This document shows positions 57,216 to 64,000 of a stretch of DNA of 64,000 bases, piece after piece. The DNA comes from Thermoplasmatota archaeon (lineage in GTDB: Archaea > Thermoplasmatota > Penumbrarchaeia > JANQNL01): assembly GCA_028279585.1 (NCBI GenBank), contig JANQNL010000009.1:9024-73023 (forward strand), written 5' to 3'. The notes under the pieces are model-generated. The model saw only the letters and a program-made list of their open reading frames with translations. It was not told where the DNA came from and did no database searches. How positions within the stretch are numbered: position 1 is the first letter of the stretch; every line of letters begins with the position of its first letter. Both the position numbers and the translations under genes were made by a program.

Positions 57216-57791
57216 TCAGATGCCGAACTTCTTTCGCATCTCGTTGATGCGCTTGATGAACTGGAAGTAGAACTGATCGTTCATCTCAAAGTCTGGCATC
57301 TGGTACTGCTGGTTCTGCCACATGTCTAGCTGGATGAGGTCCATGCATAGCTCCCTGGACTGCTCCGGGGTCAGGTCCTCCATCCTCATGTCGGAGATGA
57401 GCTTCTTGCATGCCACGATACCGGGGGGATCGATGACCACGCCGGTCTGGTCCTTCATGCGCTTGATCGTCTTGAGGACTATGGACTTCCTGACGTCCGG
57501 GTCCTCGAAGCGCTCGAAGATCTCCACCATCACCGCGTAGATGTCCCTGGCTGCGTCCAGGGTGAGCTGTTCCCGGTCGGCCCCTTCCTCGAACTTGCAG
57601 CGTCTGTGGGCTTCCACCATCACCCTGTTCGCCCGCTCGATGTACATCATGGCCTCGGTGGAAGGCAGGCCTGACTCGATGGCGATCATGCACAGCATCC
57701 AGTGTGCGCCTGCAAGGGGTGTGTCCTCGTACTCCTCGCGGACCTTTACGACGCGGTCCACGTAGAACTTCATTCCGCCATGGTGGGGCAT
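57216..57791 (-). CDS. Hypothetical helical protein
   Basis: ORF from MPHHGG with strong host-like codon bias. Confidence 0.7.
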   Translation of the reverse strand: MPHHGGMKFYVDRVVKVREEYEDTPLAGAHWMLCMIAIESGLPSTEAMMYIERANRVMVEAHRRCKFEEGADREQLTLDAARDIYAVMVEIFERFEDPDVRKSIVLKTIKRMKDQTGVVIDPPGIVACKKLISDMRMEDLTPEQSRELCMDLIQLDMWQNQQYQMPDFEMNDQFYFQFIKRINEMRKKFGI

Positions 57792-57835
57792 AGCTATCTC
57801 TAAGCAGTGTAATGGATTTCCCCAATATACGCTTT

Positions 57836-58414
57836 TCATGCATGAAGGGAATCGATATCGATGCCATTTGCCTTCAATCGGTGTTCGATATCGGTCTGCA
57901 TCATTTGTCTAAGCCCTGATCTTACGAGTTCATCAGGCGATGTGTATTGACCACTTTCTACTTTTGAAGCGATGAAACCATTGACCTCTTTAGAGACACG
58001 TACAAGAAGATATCCATCCTTGTCTATCCCCCCTTGATCGTTGATAGAGTGTTCTGTGGACTCGATGAGAGCGTCAGCATAGCTTCTTCCGCCTCCGTTC
58101 TCATCGCCGATGGCATACAAAAGAAGTGTGAGAGACTGGAGCCGTTTCGATGAGAGCACTGGTTCATAGGAAGGGTGTTGCTTATCCCTTTGGTCCTTTT
58201 TTAGGATACCCAGATCTACGAGGTCATTGAGAGCCTTTGAGACACTGGGTTGGGTTGCCTCGGTCAACTGCATAAGCTCCTTTGTATGGTAGGTAGTGTA
58301 TGGGTCTGATACTATCTCATACAGCACTCTGACCATGACAGAATTCCCGAAAAGTCCACCGAATGGGACGTCAATAGCTCCTTCGAGCTCTGGAGGGAGT
58401 TGTTCTGTTCGCAT
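57836..58414 (-). CDS. Winged-helix protein fused to a ParD-like RHH domain
   Basis: LFGNSV.VRVL..ELMQLT..TQPSVSKAL..L..LG; C-terminal FIASKVESGQYTSPDELVRSGLR. Confidence 0.7.
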   Translation of the reverse strand: MRTEQLPPELEGAIDVPFGGLFGNSVMVRVLYEIVSDPYTTYHTKELMQLTEATQPSVSKALNDLVDLGILKKDQRDKQHPSYEPVLSSKRLQSLTLLLYAIGDENGGGRSYADALIESTEHSINDQGGIDKDGYLLVRVSKEVNGFIASKVESGQYTSPDELVRSGLRQMMQTDIEHRLKANGIDIDSLHA

Positions 58415-58435
58415 ATATCTTAATGCGTCAGCCCT

Positions 58436-58759
58436 TTATTTATTATTTTCTGTAACAGAAAATTTATTTTGGTTCCTTTGTGGTTGGCCATGGTGGGGGA
58501 CCTCTTTTTCATAGAACCGGAGCCATTGATCAGCCCACACCTTATCTTTTAGCCAGACCACTTTCTTCCCCCCTCTGGACAAAGCAATTAGTATGAGGTC
58601 ATCTGCGTATGTCTTGGTAAAGGACCGACCATCAATGAGCTCATTGCTCCACTTTCTGTCGAACTTGGTAAGATCGACGACGCTTCCACGCTTTTTGAGC
58701 CAGGCTAAGATATCGATGTGGTCTGCAGGATCTGGCTCTTGGCAATCCTCTCTATCCAT
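58436..58759 (-). CDS. Hypothetical protein
   Basis: ORF from MDREDC with a TTATAT box about 22 nt upstream. Confidence 0.5.
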   Translation of the reverse strand: MDREDCQEPDPADHIDILAWLKKRGSVVDLTKFDRKWSNELIDGRSFTKTYADDLILIALSRGGKKVVWLKDKVWADQWLRFYEKEVPHHGQPQRNQNKFSVTENNK

Positions 58760-58925
58760 CGATCGCACGATGTAATACGGCAATATAAGATCGAACAGGA
58801 GGGGTAGGTGAAAGTGGTCGGTCCAAACCTCCCATCCTTTCTCTACATCACCTGTGCTTTTACATTCGTTAGAGGGCTTATAAACAACGTGTGGTAACCA
58901 CCAATTTACCAAAGTTTGTCAAAAA

Positions 58926-59170
58926 GCGAGCGAGCAGGCCGGACTTGGAAGTTGGATTTCCAAAGCTGGTATTCACAACTTCCAAGTGCGCAGTATCGCA
59001 GCCTGAAAGGATCGATGCTGCTGCAGGGGGAGTGGCGGATCCAGCCAAATTGAGGGCTGGGCACTCAAAGTGGCGGAGTTTTCATCACGAAAAGATGAAA
59101 ACGGCCAGCGGAGCGAGCACTGGGAGGGGCCGGAAGGTGGGTGGGTTCAGCGCCATTCCAAGCCACCCGC
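58926..59170 (+). ncRNA. Multi-hairpin structured element (candidate ncRNA)
   Basis: Consecutive stems ACTTGGAAGTTG/CAACTTCCAAGT, GCAGTATCG/CGATGCTGC, CCAGCC/GGCTGG, GTTTTCATC/GATGAAAAC, GGGTGG/CCACCC; TTATAAA at 58878. Confidence 0.5.
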
Positions 59171-59255
59171 ACGCGTATATAATACTACTAAAACGTACTA
59201 TATGTAAAAAATACCACCAAAACTTTATTTATTATACCAATCAGTAGTAGTCATA

Positions 59256-59840
59256 ATGCGAAAGAACCTCCTAGACCCCAAGACCACTGGTATCCTTCTA
59301 CTCTTACTAGCGATGGCATTCATCGCCATACCGCTTGCCAGTGCAGCTCCTGCGGCCGAGGAGGACGAGGACTTCGCTTTAGAAACGGTAGCACCCCTTG
59401 CGATAGTCCCAGCCTTCACCCACATGAACGAGACCCCAGTGCTGAACCAGCACACCAGGGCAGACATCATGCAGGTGATCGTCTCGAACCCTGGAATAAC
59501 GGCAACCAGGGTCCAGAAGGAGCTGGGACTTCACAACGGCGTTACGCAGTATCACCTCCGAGTACTGGAAAAGGAGGGCCTCATCCGCTCTAGGAAGGCT
59601 GGCAAGTTCAGAAGGTATTTCTCCCTTCTCGTACAAGCCACCACATTAAGCGAGGGTGAAGAGGCCATCGTCAACTGTGTCCGTGAGCATCCAGGTATAA
59701 CGCAAGCTGAGATCGGGCGTGAAATTGGAATGTCCAGGCAGCTTGTGAACTACTACGTCCTCAAGCTGATGGAAAAAGGTGAGATGGCTATCTGCAGATC
59801 ACCTGGCAACAGTGGTTGCTTCCCAGCACGTGAGACCTAA
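59256..59840 (+). CDS. Tandem winged-helix regulator with an N-terminal signal-like segment
   Basis: LNQHTRADIM..NPGI..QYHLRVLE and HPGITQAEI..VNYYV; paralog of the C-terminus of 15617-17440. Confidence 0.8.
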   Translation: MRKNLLDPKTTGILLLLLAMAFIAIPLASAAPAAEEDEDFALETVAPLAIVPAFTHMNETPVLNQHTRADIMQVIVSNPGITATRVQKELGLHNGVTQYHLRVLEKEGLIRSRKAGKFRRYFSLLVQATTLSEGEEAIVNCVREHPGITQAEIGREIGMSRQLVNYYVLKLMEKGEMAICRSPGNSGCFPARET

Positions 59841-60655
59841 TAGTCCATATATCTGTCCTCAACGTCCTCGAAGGCCATTACCATGTAGACCGTGAGGTCT
59901 GGACCAAGGACGATGTACTGGTTATATCGATCCGAATGTCCCCAACGCCAATCACGCTGGGCCTCATGCCATCTGACCTCCATGTCGATCAGGTAACATT
60001 TAGAGTATGAATGGGAGAAAGGTCCAGTTCCGTTGAGGCCAACTGCACTATCGTAGAGCTTGGACCCATTGTCGGTCTTGACCCAGATCTTTCCCTCCCA
60101 GGCCCAGGTGTCGCGGAAGAAGGACCGGTCCATAGGATGGAAGCTGAAATCAACATTGAGGTTCTCATCATACCAGTAGTCGTCATTACCAGTGATGGTG
60201 ATGTTGAACAGGTCCACCCAGGTGACCATGGCTGTATAATCATACTCATACTGGCCTTCGACCCTCTTGTTCTTCAGATGGTCGATCCTGTCCTCGTAGT
60301 ACTGCAACACTGCAGTGTCGATGATGTTGGGGGACTCCTCCACCTTGGGGTTCCCAACAGAACCAGTCTCGTACCGAGTGGTCTGAAGCAGAGCTTCTAG
60401 GTCCAGGGTCAGGGCATGGTCGGCCACCTGCTGCTCGGTCGCATTGTCCTGGACATCATGTCGGTCTGCATCGTACTGGTGCCATTGCTGGTCACCCCAA
60501 TACACACCAACACCCACGATGGCCGCACCTAGCAGAATGAACACGACAAAGATTATCCCGAACGTAAGAAGCAGTGGGAAGAGCAGCCCTGCCTCTTTCT
60601 TCTTCTTTCCCTTCTTTTCAGGAACGGCATACGGGTCCTCTTCCATATGCGACAT
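59837..60655 (-). CDS. Single-TM exported protein
   Basis: Basic N-terminus, TM helix, extracellular domain. Confidence 0.7.
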   Translation of the reverse strand: MSHMEEDPYAVPEKKGKKKKEAGLLFPLLLTFGIIFVVFILLGAAIVGVGVYWGDQQWHQYDADRHDVQDNATEQQVADHALTLDLEALLQTTRYETGSVGNPKVEESPNIIDTAVLQYYEDRIDHLKNKRVEGQYEYDYTAMVTWVDLFNITITGNDDYWYDENLNVDFSFHPMDRSFFRDTWAWEGKIWVKTDNGSKLYDSAVGLNGTGPFSHSYSKCYLIDMEVRWHEAQRDWRWGHSDRYNQYIVLGPDLTVYMVMAFEDVEDRYMDY

Positions 60656-60738
60656 TAGGTGTTATTCGTCCTAAAACCTTTGTGACAGTCCCCAACTCTA
60701 AAATATGGAAAGTGTAATCGGGACCACGAGGGAGAAAT

Positions 60739-61062
60739 GTGGCCGCCACCAAAGAGGACCTGGAAAAGTTCCTGCCGTCGTTGGTCGAAGCTATAACCAA
60801 CAACGACATCGATTTCCTCGAGCGTTTCAATCCATATTTTGAAGGAGAGAGACTGCGGCTTCACATCCGTTTTGCTGGGGAGGTCTTCCGCATGGCTAGG
60901 AAGCATAAGGTCGAACCATCCATCCAGCAGAAGGATGACGTCTTCCATGTCTCCTACGACCTGCCAGGTGAGGGGAGGTTCTCGTTCCTGGTCAGGTACG
61001 ATGCGGGTCAGTTCGTATACCACGAGGACCCGAACATGTTCCCGGAAGAGCTCAAGACCTAA
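60739..61062 (+). CDS. Hypothetical protein
   Basis: GGGAG RBS, GTG start, host-like codons. Confidence 0.6.
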   Translation: MAATKEDLEKFLPSLVEAITNNDIDFLERFNPYFEGERLRLHIRFAGEVFRMARKHKVEPSIQQKDDVFHVSYDLPGEGRFSFLVRYDAGQFVYHEDPNMFPEELKT

Positions 61063-61190
61063 TTCCTAAATAGGTATACTTCCTGTATAATTCTAATTCA
61101 TCCCTATTTTGTATGCTCATTCCATCTATCAAAATGAGGAAGCTCAAGAAATCGACAGGCTTATATCATCTCTAATCAGTCGATTTCTTG

Positions 61191-61592
61191 ATGAAGGTCC
61201 TTGTAGCGACCAGCGAGACACAGGGCCAGCGTGGGTCTGACCTGTTCTTTGCCGAGGAGGGCGAGCTCGTTACCTTCGTACCCGAGTGTGAGCATGAGCT
61301 CCACGACATAGACGACAGCTGTGGCTGTATGCGTACAATGATCGGACTAGACACCACTGGACTGACCACGACCATGAAAGTCCTGGACTTAGACATGACC
61401 AGGGATGTTCTTGAGGATAAGCTCAGACATCGCTACGAGGTCTCTGGATGGGCTGCGTTCATGACCACCGAGGCCCTGGACGAGCAGCTCGAAGAAGACA
61501 TGCGAGCCCTGACCGAGATCGCGAAGCAGTTCTCTCCTGGAGCGGTGATAGAGAAGCGGGGGGATGAGTTCGAGGTGCGGGAGTTACACTGA
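61191..61592 (+). CDS. Conserved hypothetical Cys-containing protein
   Basis: MKVLVATSETQG.R..D....EGELV....C......CGC.R...GL.....TTT..V. Confidence 0.75.
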   Translation: MKVLVATSETQGQRGSDLFFAEEGELVTFVPECEHELHDIDDSCGCMRTMIGLDTTGLTTTMKVLDLDMTRDVLEDKLRHRYEVSGWAAFMTTEALDEQLEEDMRALTEIAKQFSPGAVIEKRGDEFEVRELH

Positions 61593-61631
61593 TGAAGAAA
61601 GGAGAACAACTGTATCCAAAACTTTCTTCAT

Positions 61632-61723
61632 CACGCAAGCGACCATTATTTAGATCGACGATCGGTCGCGGCAGCGTCTCGAGGTTTCTGACACATGTCC
61701 AATTGACGGAGGAAACCTGCGAG
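61632..61723 (+). ncRNA. Candidate structured RNA motif, copy 2
   Basis: Homologous to the reverse complement of 194-289; GCGACC/GGTCGC and AGGTTTC/GAAACCT stems. Confidence 0.5.
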
Positions 61724-61744
61724 TAGTAATTGATGACTTAGGGT

Positions 61745-61868
61745 AGAACGCCCCTCCAAAACCAAAGGCCTTGAAAGAACGGGTCGATTCTTTCGATTAC
61801 AAATACTAACTAAGGCGAAAGAATCGATTCTTTGTGGAAAACGGCCTTTGGCTTTTACAGGGCGTTCT
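61745..61868. repeat. 124-bp imperfect inverted repeat between convergent genes
   Basis: AGAACGCCC..CCAAAGGCC..TCGATTCTTTCG / CGAAAGAATCGA..GGCCTTTGG..GGGCGTTCT. Confidence 0.75.
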
Positions 61869-62571
61869 CCTCATCACACCACGGACAAAATGCCACTTTC
61901 ATATCGTCCATGTAAACGAATCGTCTCTTGCACGCTGCACACTCACAAGTCACTGCATGGGTCTCCATGTCCATCTCCTCCTTCGTTGTGAACTGTGGTT
62001 TGCCGCATCCGGAACAATCGAAGTCTACACGCTCCCCCGTGAGCTCCACCGTGTTCTCTGTACTGCAATAGAAACAATATACGACCTTTGTATCTCCAGA
62101 GGGCTCTTCGGCTGCAGGTTCATCATCCACTGCGAGCTCTTCCTTCTTCTCCCCGTCCTCTTCTGGCTTCACATGCTCGAGGCTGTCATCCTCTACCTCG
62201 TCATCGAAGTCGTAGGTTTCGTCCTTGAACACCGGTTCGTCCGGTTCCAGCAACTCCCCTCGGGGTTCTGAGTCGTTGATCCAGGTAGGAATAAGGTCTT
62301 CGTCACCTTCGAACAGCTCATCCGATATCTCGATAAGCTCATGACCCCACTCGGCCTTTATCTCCTTGGACACTTCCTTACGCTCTTCAGGCTTGATGTC
62401 CAGGTTGTTTCCGAGCGTGTGCAGGATCTGCGCCTCATCCTTGGAAAGCTTGCCATCCTCATAGGCATCCTTGACAGCGTCACGGAAGATCTTGAGGTTC
62501 TTCTCTTTAGAAGCAGACTTGGTGGGCTTGTCCTTGATGAGGGCTCCTAATCCCTTACCTTTCTTTGGCAC
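61855..62571 (-). CDS. Protein with a TerB-like N-terminal motif, acidic linker and double Zn-ribbon
   Basis: AYEDGKLSKDEAQIL..L..L.I..EE; four CxxC motifs at the C-terminus. Confidence 0.7.
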   Translation of the reverse strand: MPKKGKGLGALIKDKPTKSASKEKNLKIFRDAVKDAYEDGKLSKDEAQILHTLGNNLDIKPEERKEVSKEIKAEWGHELIEISDELFEGDEDLIPTWINDSEPRGELLEPDEPVFKDETYDFDDEVEDDSLEHVKPEEDGEKKEELAVDDEPAAEEPSGDTKVVYCFYCSTENTVELTGERVDFDCSGCGKPQFTTKEEMDMETHAVTCECAACKRRFVYMDDMKVAFCPWCDEENAL

Positions 62572-62629
62572 GTAACTCCCCCGATTTTTGCCTTAACGAC
62601 GACCGCTATATAACACTTTGGGCACTCTG

Positions 62630-64000
62630 TTACGCGGCTTTTGCTGAACGCTTCTTTCCCTTGCCCTTGATACGGCCCTTACTCTTGGTTTTTGTACCTT
62701 TTACCACCTTTTCCTCGACCATATCGTCATCTTCCTCACGGTCGTCCTCCCAGACCCCCTCCAGGTGGATGAGGTAGAGCCTCTCAAGGACCCTATCAAC
62801 GTCATACTGGGCCTTCTCCCACTTCTTGCCACGCCTCTTCTTGTTTAACTCTCCCCGGATGACGCCCACAATAGAGATCTTGATGGTGCTTAGACACACC
62901 TTGGAGGCGTTGGGTAGGTCCGGGTAGTCCAGGAACCAGGCCCGTAGGCCTTCCTCATCCTTGTCATGCTCCACTTTCACAACTTCAACTGTGGAGACCA
63001 CCTCGTCCTCAGTGATAGCATCCAGGACGTCCTGTTCCTTCTCCCGCACCCGTTCCTCGAAGGCCTTTAGCTCCTTCTCATCCTTGATCTTCTTGTTGAG
63101 CTTGATCCGTTTGCGGACCATGAAGAAGACCACGATGAAGGCCACCGTCACCACAGTGATGATGGCCAGGATAAGTATAACAAGCCAGCACATCCCCACA
63201 GCCTCCCTCTCCCTGTCTGGCCTTTCGAAGATGTTATCCTCGGGCTCTGGGGGATCGTCGGCCTTGTAGACGTCCGTGTCGTTTCCAGTGGCGTTGTCGA
63301 AGTCCAGGGTTATCATGACCTCGCGCCAGGTCCCGTCCTTGTTGGGGTTCGGGGTCTCGTGGGTTATCTGGTAGAGGTTCTGGAGCTGCTGGGCGATGAG
63401 TTCGTATAGCTCTCCCAGGTCGTCCGGGTCTGGAGCCTTGTAGTAGAAGCCTCCAGTGGTGTCCGAGATCATCTTCAGCTCCTCGTCGTTGACCCCACCT
63501 CCAAGACCGATGTTGTAAACGGGTATCTGGAGGTCGTGGGCACGGTCCAGGGCGTCGTCGAGGGAATGGCTGTCAGAGTTTGACTGGCCGTCCGATAGCA
63601 AGATCACTGCGCGGACGCCTTCCTTGCCAGCCAGGGCGTCCAGGCTGTAGTAGAGACCATCGTACATCGCCGTGGAGCTACCGTCGGAGATACCGTCGAT
63701 GGCACGCTTGAGCTGGAGCTTGTTGGACGAGAAGTCTGAGACCACCTTGACGTTGCTTTCGAACGTGAGCACAGCTACAGAATCGTTGACCTGCATGTGA
63801 TTGACGAACAGCTTCGCTGCGTATTTGGCATCGGACAGAGGCTCGCCCATCATGGAGCTGGACGAGTCGATACAGAGGACCACGGTGATAGGGACCTGGT
63901 TCTCCCCTGCAGGGACGAAGTCTGTGATGTTCGCGTCAACACCTTCCTCGGTGACATTGAACAGATCCTCGGTGAGGTCATAGACCGGTCGTCCATCCTG
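62630..64000 (-). CDS. Membrane-anchored vWA-domain protein (5' end beyond the window)
   Basis: MIDAS DSSSSM, STAMYDG, LLSDG, TGG..Y; TM near the C-terminus; frame open to the window edge. Confidence 0.88.
   Translation of the reverse strand, partial: QDGRPVYDLTEDLFNVTEEGVDANITDFVPAGENQVPITVVLCIDSSSSMMGEPLSDAKYAAKLFVNHMQVNDSVAVLTFESNVKVVSDFSSNKLQLKRAIDGISDGSSTAMYDGLYYSLDALAGKEGVRAVILLSDGQSNSDSHSLDDALDRAHDLQIPVYNIGLGGGVNDEELKMISDTTGGFYYKAPDPDDLGELYELIAQQLQNLYQITHETPNPNKDGTWREVMITLDFDNATGNDTDVYKADDPPEPEDNIFERPDREREAVGMCWLVILILAIITVVTVAFIVVFFMVRKRIKLNKKIKDEKELKAFEERVREKEQDVLDAITEDEVVSTVEVVKVEHDKDEEGLRAWFLDYPDLPNASKVCLSTIKISIVGVIRGELNKKRRGKKWEKAQYDVDRVLERLYLIHLEGVWEDDREEDDDMVEEKVVKGTKTKSKGRIKGKGKKRSAKAA

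Noticed and set aside
57777-58498. 12-bp direct repeat GCCATGGTGGGG around the wHTH-RHH gene
   Set aside because: It is short and both copies fall in coding sequence (PHHG); not distinguishable from chance.
58926-59170. SRP RNA or RNase P RNA
   Set aside because: GCC-GGAA-GGT lacks the flanking CAGG/AGCA of SRP helix 8, and no GAGGAAAGUCC RNase P motif is present.

Overview
Chromosomal window from an archaeon, most likely Thermoplasmatota. This is inferred from GGTGA-type Shine-Dalgarno sites, many leaderless genes with a TATA box about 22-26 nt upstream of the start, and giant membrane-anchored surface proteins with acidic tails. No rRNA, tRNA, CRISPR array or intact integrase/transposase was seen. 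The region is accessory-rich: four very large surface proteins (LamG/GLUG, an M6 metalloprotease, and two beta-helix receptors with cytoplasmic longin-like tails), several toxin-antitoxin loci, defence-type genes (Panacea-like/DUF488 pair, GIY-YIG, TPR, AAA-DUF4143, NYN RNase), a thi4-thiI-like-larE sulfur operon and many gene remnants. The strongest unannotated signals are non-coding. (1) A three-copy module (about 12.2, 17.8 and 40.1 kb) made of a palindromic site, a BRE/TATA promoter, a GGGGAYCA...TGGTCCCC hairpin with a conserved loop and a T-tract, each with a divergent small ORF and next to defence/TA cargo. (2) A second, roughly 95-nt structured motif present twice, 61 kb apart, each just downstream of a gene. 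(3) A roughly 250-nt multi-hairpin element at 58.9-59.2 kb. All family assignments are from motif recognition by eye, without database searches.
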